Made by a program: the position numbers and the translations under genes. Positions 18,372 to 27,653 of a DNA stretch of 64,000 bases are shown in pieces. The stretch is taken from assembly GCF_044369455.1 (NCBI RefSeq), contig NZ_JBIPLW010000009.1, positions 4,967 through 68,966 on the forward strand. Reading direction: 5' to 3'. The DNA comes from Flavobacterium sp. (GTDB taxonomy: Bacteria; Bacteroidota; Bacteroidia; Flavobacteriales; Flavobacteriaceae). The notes beneath the pieces are model-generated. The model ran no database searches, was not told the DNA's origin, and was given only the letters and a program-made list of their open reading frames with translations. Numbering within the stretch: position 1 is the first letter of the stretch; every line of letters begins with the position of its first letter.

Positions 18372-19337
18372 ATGGTGAATATAAAAATGTTTCTTATGGT
18401 TGGTTTTTTTTTGTTATCAGCCACTCCTTATGCACAATATACCGATATTATTAATTCCAATAGACCAGGAGAATCAATGTCGGCTTTTTCTGTTGGCAAG
18501 GCCGTAATTCAGGCAGAAGCTGGATTATATGGAATTAAAGAGAAGCATGATTTATTACGTTATCAAGCGAATGGATTTGGAACCGAAATTGACGTTAGAT
18601 ATGGCGCTTTTTTTGACCAGTTTGAGTTTGCTCTAAACACACAATATCAATATGATTGGTATGAGGCACCTTTGGTCAATGATACACGAGGCGGTTTTAA
18701 GCAAATTATTATTGGTGCAAAATATTTGATATATGATCCTTTCATAAGGAAAGAAAAAGCAAATATTTATAGTTGGAAAGCAAATCATAAATTTAGTTGG
18801 AAGCAGTTCATACCTGCTGTTGCAGTATATGCGGGATTTAATTTAAAGTTGGGAACCAATCCATATACTTTTCCAACAGACCGAACGATAAGCCCCAAGA
18901 TAATGGCTATTACACAGCATCATTTTGGATCTAAATGGGTTTGGGTTAACAATATTATCGCTGATAAATACATGACAGATTATCCTAGCTTCGGAATCAT
19001 ATCAACATTAACAAGAGGTTTTAATATGCGTTGGTCTGGTTTTTTGGAATTACAAGGCTACAAAAGTGATTATTATGCCGACACTCTTTTTCGTTTTGGG
19101 GCTGCTTATCTAATTCGTGAAAACATTCAGTTGGATGCTTCTTTTAATAAGAATGTAAAAGAAACCCCTTCGATTTTAATTGCCAATATTGGAATGTCTT
19201 GGCGTTTTGATAGCAATTGGGAAACCAATTACAAGCGAATTGATGGAGGTAAAAAAGACAAAAAGAAAGATAAGAAATCGAAAAGAGATAAAGGCAAAAA
19301 GCGCAAAGACGAAGTAGAATTAGAAAAGACCAAATAA
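18372..19337 (+). CDS. Outer-membrane beta-barrel 'transporter' family protein (MetA-pathway-like) with Lys-rich tail
   Basis: 321 aa. Signal peptide, then AQYTDIINSNRPGESMSAFSVGK, alternating beta-strand pattern, barrel-end-like ..IGMSWRF, then GGKKDKKKDKKSKRDKGKKRKDE. Confidence 0.5.
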   Translation: MVNIKMFLMVGFFLLSATPYAQYTDIINSNRPGESMSAFSVGKAVIQAEAGLYGIKEKHDLLRYQANGFGTEIDVRYGAFFDQFEFALNTQYQYDWYEAPLVNDTRGGFKQIIIGAKYLIYDPFIRKEKANIYSWKANHKFSWKQFIPAVAVYAGFNLKLGTNPYTFPTDRTISPKIMAITQHHFGSKWVWVNNIIADKYMTDYPSFGIISTLTRGFNMRWSGFLELQGYKSDYYADTLFRFGAAYLIRENIQLDASFNKNVKETPSILIANIGMSWRFDSNWETNYKRIDGGKKDKKKDKKSKRDKGKKRKDEVELEKTK

Positions 19338-20455
19338 TGATTACTATAGTTGAAGCCAATTCAAAAAAGCTGCTCAAAGCATTTGTTAATTTTCCGTTTA
19401 CCTTATATAAAAACCATCCGTATTGGGTTCCTCCATTAATTAATGACGAGCTAGACACTTTTGATAAAACTAAAAACCCAGCATTTACATCTGCGGAAGC
19501 TACTTTTTATTTGGCCTACCAAGACAATAAAGTTGTTGGTAGAATTGCAGCCATTATAAATTGGGATGAAGTTAATAATCAAAAAAAGCGGAAAGTTCGT
19601 TTTGGTTGGTGGGATGTTATTGATGATATTGAAGTCACCAAAGCATTGTTGGAGAAAGTATATGAATTGGGTAGAAAAAATAACTTAGAATATGTTGAGG
19701 GGCCGATGGGTTTTTCCAATTTAGATAAAGTAGGTGTGCTTACAGAAGGTTTTGATGAAATAGGCTCTATGATTACTTGGTATAACTTTCCTTATTATAA
19801 AGATCACTTAGAAAAATTGTCTTTTATAAAAGAGAAAGAATACTTGGAGAATAAATTTCCATTTGCCAATGTTAAACCAGAAATATTTTTGAAAGGAAAT
19901 GAATTAATAAAGAAACGCTATGAACTAAGACCGATAAATTTTACCAGCAACAAAGAAATTATGCCTTATGTAGATAAGATGTTTGATTTGTTCAATGCAG
20001 CTTATTCAGGCTTATCTTCATTTGTTGCCATTACGGATATTCAAAAGGATTATTTCAAAAAGAAATACATCAGTTTCATCAATCCGGAATATATCAAATT
20101 TGTGATGGATAAAGATAACAAGATGGTTGCTTTTAGTATTGTAATGCCTAGTTTTTCAGAAGCATTGCAAAAAACGAAAGGCAAACTGTTTCCTTTTGGA
20201 TTTTATCATTTACTCAAGGCAAAAAAAGAAAGTAAAGAGGTGCTTTTCTACTTAATTGGTGTAGACCCTGACTACCAAAGTAAAGGAGTAACAGCAATAA
20301 TCTTTAACGAATATTATAATACTTTTAAAGAAAAGGGCATACTAAATTGCATTAGAACTCCTGAGTTAGAGGATAATCATGCCATTCATAATATGTGGAA
20401 GCATTTTGACCCAGTTACTTTCAGAAGAAGAAGAACGTATAAGTTGCCTTTATGA
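19337..20455 (+). CDS. GNAT-like N-acetyltransferase family protein (uncharacterised)
   Basis: 372 aa. The start overlaps the upstream stop (ATAATGA). Weak recognition of a GNAT-like C-terminal half (YQSKGVTAIIFNE). Confidence 0.45.
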   Translation: MITIVEANSKKLLKAFVNFPFTLYKNHPYWVPPLINDELDTFDKTKNPAFTSAEATFYLAYQDNKVVGRIAAIINWDEVNNQKKRKVRFGWWDVIDDIEVTKALLEKVYELGRKNNLEYVEGPMGFSNLDKVGVLTEGFDEIGSMITWYNFPYYKDHLEKLSFIKEKEYLENKFPFANVKPEIFLKGNELIKKRYELRPINFTSNKEIMPYVDKMFDLFNAAYSGLSSFVAITDIQKDYFKKKYISFINPEYIKFVMDKDNKMVAFSIVMPSFSEALQKTKGKLFPFGFYHLLKAKKESKEVLFYLIGVDPDYQSKGVTAIIFNEYYNTFKEKGILNCIRTPELEDNHAIHNMWKHFDPVTFRRRRTYKLPL

Positions 20456-20651
20456 GGATAACTATTCAACTTTTTTAAATAAAAAGCTATTTTCTTATTT
20501 CTAAACCCAAAAGCGTTGTCAATCCTATAATTAATTTTGATACCAATGAAATCGAAAAGGGTATTGGACTCCTCTTTTTGATTTGACCCTTTTACGGTTA
20601 GTTAATCACTAGTAATTATTCTGAATTAATTGAATTGGTTTCAATCTATAT

Positions 20652-21590
20652 TTATTCTTCTTTTCTTCTAATTGAAACAACTATACCAATTAAAAGAGAA
20701 AGTGCAATAAAGGATAACGAAACCCATTCTGGAAACTTGTAATAATGAACCAATAACATTTTAACACCAACAAAAGTTAGAATTGCAATCAAACTATATT
20801 CTAAGTAACTGAACTTTTCCAACATATTGGCCAAAAAGAAATACATAGAACGTAATCCTAAAATCGCAAAAATATTAGAGCTAAAAACTAAAAACGGATC
20901 AGCTGTTATGGCTAATATTGCTGGAACGCTATCCAAAGCAAATAACATATCCATAACTTCTATAACTATCAACGCTACAAAAAGAGGAGTGGCAGCCGTG
21001 ATGTGTTTTCTTTTCACAAAAAAATGTTCTCCTTCTATATGTGTTGTGATGGGAATTATTTTACGTAAATTTCTATACACAAATGATTTCTTAGGATTGA
21101 ATTCTTCCTCTTCACCTTTTAACAACATTTTGACAGCGGTAAATAGTAAGAATGCACCAAATATATAAGTCATCCAACTAAACTTATTTATTAAAATCAC
21201 ACCAAAGAAAATCATCAAACCTCGAAATGCAATAGCACCTAAAATTCCCCAAAACAAAACCCGATGCTGGTATTTTTGTGGAATTTTAAAAGACGCAAAT
21301 ATCACGGCTATGATAAAAATATTATCAATACTTAATGATAATTCGATTAAATAACCAGTAATGAATTTTAAAGTTGCCACTGAAGGAGTGATTCCTGTGG
21401 GATTGGATATATAGCCATTACTATAAATCCAATTGATAACAAGAGAAAAAACAAAAGAAAGCGTTACCCATATTCCCGTCCATATTCCGGCTTCTTTTGG
21501 TTTTATAATATGTGGGTTTTTATTGAATACGCCCAAATCTAATGCAAGAAAAAGGAAAATTGTAGCTAGAAAAATTATCCAAACAATCAT
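20652..21590 (-). CDS. TerC family integral membrane protein
   Basis: TerC motifs LSIDNIFIIAVIF and LFALDSVPAILAIT. The start is moved to MIVWIIF.. because a TATATTTG box (21609-21616) lies inside the longer ORF. Confidence 0.85.
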   Translation of the reverse strand: MIVWIIFLATIFLFLALDLGVFNKNPHIIKPKEAGIWTGIWVTLSFVFSLVINWIYSNGYISNPTGITPSVATLKFITGYLIELSLSIDNIFIIAVIFASFKIPQKYQHRVLFWGILGAIAFRGLMIFFGVILINKFSWMTYIFGAFLLFTAVKMLLKGEEEEFNPKKSFVYRNLRKIIPITTHIEGEHFFVKRKHITAATPLFVALIVIEVMDMLFALDSVPAILAITADPFLVFSSNIFAILGLRSMYFFLANMLEKFSYLEYSLIAILTFVGVKMLLVHYYKFPEWVSLSFIALSLLIGIVVSIRRKEE

Positions 21591-21608
21591 GTTTTTAATT
21601 TTAAGGTA

Positions 21609-21616
21609 CAAATATA
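21609..21616 (-). promoter_or_regulatory. Candidate -7 promoter box for the TerC gene
   Basis: Minus-strand TATATTTG, 18 nt upstream of ATG 21590. Confidence 0.4.
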
Positions 21617-21762
21617 GTGGATTAGATTTTCAAAGTATAATTTGAAGTTGTTTTACTGAATAAAAATCTATACCATAAAAGTTGTTAACAAAAATTATTC
21701 ATAATTTTTAAAAATACCCCTAAAAAAATAGGGTATGTCTTTTTTTAATTTATAAATAACTC

Positions 21763-21770
21763 TATATTTG
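21763..21770 (+). promoter_or_regulatory. Candidate -7 promoter box for the glutamine synthetase gene
   Basis: TATATTTG, 40 nt upstream of ATG 21811. Confidence 0.45.
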
Positions 21771-21810
21771 CATCAAATTATTAGGGTATAACTATAAAAA
21801 ATTAAATTTT

Positions 21811-24000
21811 ATGTCAACTTTACGTTTCCAAGCATTAAAAGAGGCTTCAGGTAGAAAACCTGTTAAATTTGAAGAAGCCGGAAAAAAATCAGCAATTTTT
21901 GGTTCCAATGTGTTTAACGACAAAGCGATGAAGCAGTTTCTAACTTCAGATGCTTATAAAGGTGTAAAAGATGCGGTGCAGCATGGAACTAAAATAGATA
22001 GAAAACTTGCCGATTATATCGCAATGGGAATGAAAGAATGGGCTGTTGCCAAAGGGGTAACACATTATACGCATTGGTTTCAACCGTTAACAGGAGCAAC
22101 CGCTGAAAAACACGACGCTTTTTTTGAAACGTCTTACGATGGATCTGATCCTGTTGAAAAATTTGGAGGTGGTCAATTAGTACAACAAGAACCAGATGCT
22201 TCTTCATTTCCAAATGGAGGCATCAGAAATACATTTGAAGCTCGTGGTTACACTGCTTGGGATCCAACCTCACCAGCGTTTATTTTTGGAACTACTTTAT
22301 GTATTCCAACCGTTTTTATCTCTTATACTGGTGAAGCTTTAGATTATAAAACACCATTGTTACGTGCTTTAAATGCAGTAGATGAAGCGGCGACAGATGT
22401 TTGTAAATATTTTGATAAAAACGTAAAAAAAGTAACTGCCACTCTGGGTTGGGAACAAGAATACTTTTTAGTTGATGCATCTCTAGCTAATTCTCGCCCC
22501 GATTTAGTAATGACAGGAAGAACTTTGTTAGGTCATACTTCTGCAAAAGGGCAACAATTGGATGATCATTATTTTGGTTCCATTCCATCGCGTGCGTTGA
22601 ATTATATGCGTGAGTTAGAAGAAGAATGTATGTTGTTGGGAATACCAGTTAAAACACGTCATAACGAAGTAGCGCCAAACCAATTTGAGTTAGCTCCGAT
22701 TTTTGAAGAAACCAATCTGGCCGTTGACCACAATTCATTGTTGATGGATGTAATGTCAAAAGTAGGAGAGCGACATGATTTTAAAGTACTGTTTCATGAA
22801 AAACCTTTTAAAGGAGTTAACGGTTCAGGGAAACACAATAACTGGTCGATGGCAACTGATACAGGTGTGAATTTATTATCACCAGGTAAAACTCCAATGA
22901 GTAACTTACAATTCCTATCGTTTTTTATCAATACAATTAAAGCGGTAAATGAATATGAAGAATTACTTCGTGCAGCTATTGCAACGGCAAGTAACGATCA
23001 CAGGTTAGGAGCCAACGAAGCACCACCAGCCATTATTTCGGTTTTCATCGGGCAACAATTGACTAAGGTTTTAGCGGAATTAGAAGGTGTTTCAAAAGGG
23101 AAATTATCTCCTGAAGAAAAAACCGACTTAAAGCTTAATGTAGTTGGTAAAATTCCAGATGTAATGTTAGATAATACCGATAGAAATAGAACGTCACCTT
23201 TTGCATTCACTGGAAATAAATTTGAGTTTAGAGCGGTTGGTTCGTCTGCCAATTGTGCTAACGCAATGACAACCCTGAATTCTATCGTTGCCAAACAATT
23301 GAAAGATTTCAAAAAAGAAGTAGATGCTCTAATTGAGAAAAACGATTTAAAGAAAGACGAAGCCATTTTTAACGTATTAAGAGAATACATTAAAGGAACT
23401 AAAAATATTCTTTTTGAAGGTGATGGATATAGTGATGCATGGGAAAAAGAAGCTAAAAAACGTGGTTTGAGTAATCATAAAACTACTCCTTTAGCGTTAA
23501 AAGCGAAAGTTTCTAAAAAAGCGTTAGACTTGTTCAAAGATTTGAACGTAATGAACCATGTAGAAGTAGAAGCGCGTTATGAAATTGAATTAGAAGAATA
23601 CACTAAGAAAATTCAGATTGAAGGAAGAGTTTTGGGAGATATTGCTCGTAACCATGTAATTCCAACCGCTATTCGTTACCAAAATACGTTGATTGAAAAC
23701 GTACGTGGATTAAAAGAAATCTTCGGTAAAGACTTTGAGAAAATTGCTAAAGAACAAATCTCTTTAATCAAAGAAATTTCAGCTCATATCGAAGGAATTA
23801 ATTCTAATGTTGAAGCGATGACCGAAGCGCGTAAGAAAGCAAACGCTTTAACCGATGCTCAAAAAATGGCCGAAATGTATTGTGATAAAGTAAAACCATA
23901 CTTCGATGTAATTAGAGAACATTGCGATAAATTAGAGCTTTTAGTTGATGACGAAATTTGGACTTTGACTAAATACAGAGAGTTGTTGTTTACGAGATAA
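21811..24000 (+). CDS. Glutamine synthetase type III
   Basis: 729 aa, the GS-III size class. Motifs FHEKPFKGVNGSGKHNNWS and NEVAPNQFELAPIFE. Confidence 0.9.
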   Translation: MSTLRFQALKEASGRKPVKFEEAGKKSAIFGSNVFNDKAMKQFLTSDAYKGVKDAVQHGTKIDRKLADYIAMGMKEWAVAKGVTHYTHWFQPLTGATAEKHDAFFETSYDGSDPVEKFGGGQLVQQEPDASSFPNGGIRNTFEARGYTAWDPTSPAFIFGTTLCIPTVFISYTGEALDYKTPLLRALNAVDEAATDVCKYFDKNVKKVTATLGWEQEYFLVDASLANSRPDLVMTGRTLLGHTSAKGQQLDDHYFGSIPSRALNYMRELEEECMLLGIPVKTRHNEVAPNQFELAPIFEETNLAVDHNSLLMDVMSKVGERHDFKVLFHEKPFKGVNGSGKHNNWSMATDTGVNLLSPGKTPMSNLQFLSFFINTIKAVNEYEELLRAAIATASNDHRLGANEAPPAIISVFIGQQLTKVLAELEGVSKGKLSPEEKTDLKLNVVGKIPDVMLDNTDRNRTSPFAFTGNKFEFRAVGSSANCANAMTTLNSIVAKQLKDFKKEVDALIEKNDLKKDEAIFNVLREYIKGTKNILFEGDGYSDAWEKEAKKRGLSNHKTTPLALKAKVSKKALDLFKDLNVMNHVEVEARYEIELEEYTKKIQIEGRVLGDIARNHVIPTAIRYQNTLIENVRGLKEIFGKDFEKIAKEQISLIKEISAHIEGINSNVEAMTEARKKANALTDAQKMAEMYCDKVKPYFDVIREHCDKLELLVDDEIWTLTKYRELLFTR

Positions 24001-24008
24001 TTAAATTA

Positions 24009-24097
24009 GGGCGTTTCCTTCGGCAGTCGGCTTTCAGCCTCGTGTTCCTTCAGGTCAGGCTTTCCGCAGTACACGGTACTTGCTCCAATCCTTAACG
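24009..24097. repeat. GC-rich intergenic repeat module (family shared with 62653-62764)
   Basis: The 12-mer gtttccttcggc (24013-24024) equals the reverse complement of 62735-62746, and the similarity continues (..agtcggctttcagc vs ..cgttgctttcgc). The composition is clearly GC-richer than the flanks. Confidence 0.6.
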
Positions 24098-24106
24098 CAA
24101 AAAAAA

Positions 24107-24140
24107 TCCCGTCTCGTTCAAAACGAGACGGGATTTTTTT
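24107..24140. terminator. Bidirectional rho-independent terminator between convergent genes
   Basis: A-run, TCCCGTCTCG-ttcaaaa-CGAGACGGGA, T7: a perfect 10-bp stem. Confidence 0.85.
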
Positions 24141-24154
24141 ATAATTTAATCAGA

Positions 24155-25294
24155 TTAAATCTGAGTTATTGTATAGGTTCCTGAGCCGTTGAAATTTAAA
24201 GTTAGCTCTACTCTAAAGTTTTTAGGTGTGGAAGTCAGGTTTGGAAAAGTTATAGATGTTCCACCATTATCTATTGTTCCGTCTGAGAGATTATCACCAT
24301 AATCAAAAGTTTGTTCTGGACCCAAAATATTAAATCTAAAGTTAGTGTTAGAACCACTACTATTTGATATTCCGTTAACAATAAATGTAAATCTGTTATT
24401 AGCCACAGAATAGGTACCATTTATATTATTCCCAGAACCTAATATCAAAGTGGGAGCAAACGATGATAATCCTAATGAAAAACTTTCTAATGGATAATTA
24501 TTTTGTTCATTAAGATTTATTAAGTTTATCAAATAAAATCCTGTATTGTTAACTAAAAAACTAGAACCATTTATCGTTAAATTATTTGTTATGTTTATGC
24601 CATAAATCGGTGATGACACTGAGTTTGACGCTAAAAACTTAATTTCTGTTCCAGCTGTTAAATATCTATAACCTGTTCTTATAATGGAATTTGCAAATAA
24701 ACCAAAAGAATTATCCATTAGCAGTGCTGAAGTTGGGTTAAAACTATTAAAACTTCCATACATATAAAAATTATTTGGACTGCTTGTAGACGAAGAATTA
24801 GTCGACGGCAAAGATAATTGCCCGCTATCATTTACAGTAACTTGATAAGGCGTTCCATTTGGCGAAACTAAGGTGATTCCTTCTCCAGGCGAAGTAATTA
24901 AACTGTCTGCAGCCAAAGCATAAGGAACAGAAAGCAATTGTGTTGTACCAACAGCTACAAAATTGGTACCGCCAGCTATGTCCATTTCTACTGATAAAAA
25001 CTTAGAATTTGTTGACCAATTGATCGTGTTGAAAGTTCCAGAAACTACGGTTCCTTGTCCAATTACTAAATTAAATAATCCTTGTGCATTGGTAGTTCTT
25101 AAATGTGTTTCTGAGTAAAGATTTGTTCCTGTAACCGAGTTGTTTAGAATAGATAAACGAATTCTTACGTTAGAATTTACTACTGGATTTCCAGAAGTAT
25201 TTAACGCAATGGCTTGATACGAAATTCCTTGTGGCACTTGTGCAAAAGTCAAAAAGGAAATAAAAAGTGCTGATAATAATAATAGTTTCTTCAT
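24155..25294 (-). CDS. Secreted hypothetical protein (no T9SS C-terminal domain)
   Basis: 379 aa. Signal peptide MKKLLLLSALFISFLTFAQ. The N-terminal module QGISYQAIALN..VPYALAA is seen in Bacteroidota tail-fibre-like surface proteins. Confidence 0.65.
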   Translation of the reverse strand: MKKLLLLSALFISFLTFAQVPQGISYQAIALNTSGNPVVNSNVRIRLSILNNSVTGTNLYSETHLRTTNAQGLFNLVIGQGTVVSGTFNTINWSTNSKFLSVEMDIAGGTNFVAVGTTQLLSVPYALAADSLITSPGEGITLVSPNGTPYQVTVNDSGQLSLPSTNSSSTSSPNNFYMYGSFNSFNPTSALLMDNSFGLFANSIIRTGYRYLTAGTEIKFLASNSVSSPIYGINITNNLTINGSSFLVNNTGFYLINLINLNEQNNYPLESFSLGLSSFAPTLILGSGNNINGTYSVANNRFTFIVNGISNSSGSNTNFRFNILGPEQTFDYGDNLSDGTIDNGGTSITFPNLTSTPKNFRVELTLNFNGSGTYTITQI

Positions 25295-25295
25295 G

Positions 25296-25742
25296 TTAAC
25301 GTTTGATAATTTTGAATGAATTAATGTTTTTGTTTTTAAATCGAATTAGGTAAACGCCAGCAGAAAGCTCCGATAAATCCAAAGCTTTGTCCGACGTAAT
25401 TTTGTTTTCAGAAACTAATTGTCCCGATAAATTGAAAATTGAAACTTGTTCATCTGACAGATTAGTATCAGTTTGAAAGTAAATCGTTGCCGAAGTTGGA
25501 TTAGGATAAACCGTAATCTTATTGTTTAATTCTAGTTGTGGAACTTCCAACGTTTGCACTAAGATTCCAATAATTCCTGAACTGGATTGCGATTGATTTT
25601 GAGGAACTACCACAATTTCACCAATGGAAACCGAAGAACTCGCTGTAATTAAACTTCCAGAATTGACAGATTGAATAACCGATTGTGAACTAACTGAAAT
25701 GGTGAAGGTTAAAAATGCAAAAAAAAATATTATTCGATTCAT
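25296..25742 (-). CDS. Mini-protein consisting of a signal peptide plus a T9SS type A C-terminal sorting domain
   Basis: 148 aa. CTD: VYPNPTSATIYFQT..VSIFNLSGQLV..LSAGVYLIRF. Its stop is 1 nt before the next gene's ATG. Confidence 0.7.
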   Translation of the reverse strand: MNRIIFFFAFLTFTISVSSQSVIQSVNSGSLITASSSVSIGEIVVVPQNQSQSSSGIIGILVQTLEVPQLELNNKITVYPNPTSATIYFQTDTNLSDEQVSIFNLSGQLVSENKITSDKALDLSELSAGVYLIRFKNKNINSFKIIKR

Positions 25743-25814
25743 ATCTTAAAGTTTTTATTTACAAATGTAAATATTATATTATGACTATTTGACAAAATTT
25801 TTACTTTCAAATGT

Positions 25815-25822
25815 TATTTTTG
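25815..25822 (+). promoter_or_regulatory. Candidate -7 promoter box for the OmpA-paralogue operon
   Basis: TATTTTTG, 30 nt upstream of ATG 25853. Confidence 0.4.
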
Positions 25823-25852
25823 TGTAACTTTCGGTTGTATTAAAAACAGTTT

Positions 25853-26737
25853 ATGAAACTTACATTTGTTTTTCTCTTTCTTTTTTTTTCAACTTCGCAA
25901 TACGCACAAGAGCAATTTTCTCTTTATTTTGACAGCAACAAATTTGAATTAAGCACCAAAGAACAGACAAGACTAAACATTTGGATTGCCGAAAATAAAA
26001 ACAATAAAATAGTAGCCATTCACGGTTTTACCGATGAAGTTGGGACAACGGGTTTTAATGATACTTTAGCGCAAAAAAGAGTAGATTTTATTTTTCAAAA
26101 TGTAAAAAATCAAATCAAAATTAGAGAAGATTTTAAAACAAGAAGTTTTGGTGAAAGTTTTAATCAGTCAGTCAATAAAGCCGAAAACAGGAAAGTTACC
26201 ATCTTTTATATCCTTGAAAAAGATTTACCTCGAGAAGATGAAATTTTAGGTATTAAAAAGGTGGTAAAGGAGGAACAACCAAAACCCGAAATAGTTTACC
26301 CCGAAAAATTAGTATTTGAAAATCCCAATGGAACTAAATCAGAGTTCAAATTGGATCGAGTTTTTATGAAGACAATGGGTGAAGCAAAACCTGGTGAAAA
26401 ATTAAAAATAGAAAACCTTAATTTCATCATCAATACCTTTGCTGTGGTGAATGAGTCTCGTGGAAAAATGTATGAGTTGTTATTAGTTTTGCAAAAAAAA
26501 CCGCAATTAAAAATCGAGATTCACGGACATTTATGTTGTATGCCAGTAGATAGAACTGATTTATCAACCCAACGTGCCAAAGCCATTTATAATTTTTTGA
26601 TACAAAATGAAATCGACAAAAGCCGATTGTCCTACAAAGGTTTTGGAAGCACACAACCCATTTATCCGTTGCCCGAGAAAGATGAAAAGGAGCGTGCCGC
26701 CAATCGAAGAGTAGAAATTTTAATTATTGAAAATTAA
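25853..26737 (+). CDS. OmpA family protein, two OmpA-like domains (paralogue 1)
   Basis: Signal peptide. N-domain HGFTDEVGTTGFNDTLAQKRV..NRKVTIFY. C-domain IEIHGHLCC..LSTQRAKAIYNFL..ANRRVEILI. Confidence 0.8.
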   Translation: MKLTFVFLFLFFSTSQYAQEQFSLYFDSNKFELSTKEQTRLNIWIAENKNNKIVAIHGFTDEVGTTGFNDTLAQKRVDFIFQNVKNQIKIREDFKTRSFGESFNQSVNKAENRKVTIFYILEKDLPREDEILGIKKVVKEEQPKPEIVYPEKLVFENPNGTKSEFKLDRVFMKTMGEAKPGEKLKIENLNFIINTFAVVNESRGKMYELLLVLQKKPQLKIEIHGHLCCMPVDRTDLSTQRAKAIYNFLIQNEIDKSRLSYKGFGSTQPIYPLPEKDEKERAANRRVEILIIEN

Positions 26738-26738
26738 G

Positions 26739-27653
26739 ATGCAAAAGCTCTTTTTACTTTATCTTTTGTTTTTTTCGATGCATAGCTTTTGTCAAAACAA
26801 ACTCGACGTTTTTTTTGATTTTAATCAGGATGTTCCTAACAAGTCGTCCCAAATTATAATTAATCAATGGGTTTTAGATAATAAAAATGTTGAAATCACT
26901 AAAGTTCTTGGCTATTGCGATAGCGTTGACGACAGCAAATACAATAAAGATTTAGCCATGCGAAGAATCAATTCGATAGTAACTTTTTTTAAAACGAACA
27001 ATGTTAGGATTACTCATAAAGTAGAACTTAAATCATTTGGCAAAGATTTTAAGTATTCTAAAAATCAAAGCGAGAATAGAAAAGTAGTATTTTTTTTTAA
27101 TCTTTTGAAAGATGAAAAACAAGATGTAAAAAACACTAAAACAATACCCGATACTCCTTTTGGTAACAGGCCAGTTAGAGAAGCTGCTGCAGAAGAAACA
27201 TCTCAAAATAAAGAATATGATATAGTAGAAGCTATTGATATGGAAGCCCTAGTTGAAGATGAAAAATCGACATTAGCAGCAAAATTTAACAAAGCAAAAG
27301 TTGGGGATTTAGTTAGAATTAGTAATATCAATTTTTATTTTAATTCAGAAAAAGTAATGGATCAATCGTTTCCGCTCTTGGATGAATTACTTGAAATAAT
27401 GATAAGTAATCCAACTTTGAGAATTGAGATTCACGGGCATATTTGTTGCAATCCGAACCCGAATGACACAAAACTATCTTATAGAAGAGCACTAGTTATT
27501 CTTAAATATTTGACTAAAAACGGAATAGAAGTAAACCGATTGGCATTCAAAGGATATGGAAGTAACGATCCGATTTATAAAGTGCCAGAACGAAATGAAA
27601 AAGAACGGGCTGCCAATCGCAGAGTCGAAATTTTAATTGTTGCCAAACGATGA
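26739..27653 (+). CDS. OmpA family protein, two OmpA-like domains (paralogue 2)
   Basis: Started at ATG 26739 (MQKLFLLYLLFF..); the ORF track begins at TTG 26727. N-domain LGYCDSVDDSKYNKDLAMRR..NRKVVFFF. C-domain IEIHGHICC..LSYRRALVILKYL..ANRRVEILI. Confidence 0.8.
   Translation: MQKLFLLYLLFFSMHSFCQNKLDVFFDFNQDVPNKSSQIIINQWVLDNKNVEITKVLGYCDSVDDSKYNKDLAMRRINSIVTFFKTNNVRITHKVELKSFGKDFKYSKNQSENRKVVFFFNLLKDEKQDVKNTKTIPDTPFGNRPVREAAAEETSQNKEYDIVEAIDMEALVEDEKSTLAAKFNKAKVGDLVRISNINFYFNSEKVMDQSFPLLDELLEIMISNPTLRIEIHGHICCNPNPNDTKLSYRRALVILKYLTKNGIEVNRLAFKGYGSNDPIYKVPERNEKERAANRRVEILIVAKR

Noticed and set aside
21612-21810. An expected yybP-ykoY (Mn2+) riboswitch upstream of the TerC-family gene.
   Set aside because: Read on the minus strand, the leader is extremely AT-rich. 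It lacks the conserved GGGGAGUAG-type core and has no paired helices. Also, the predicted -7 box is only 18 nt from the ATG, which leaves no room for a riboswitch.
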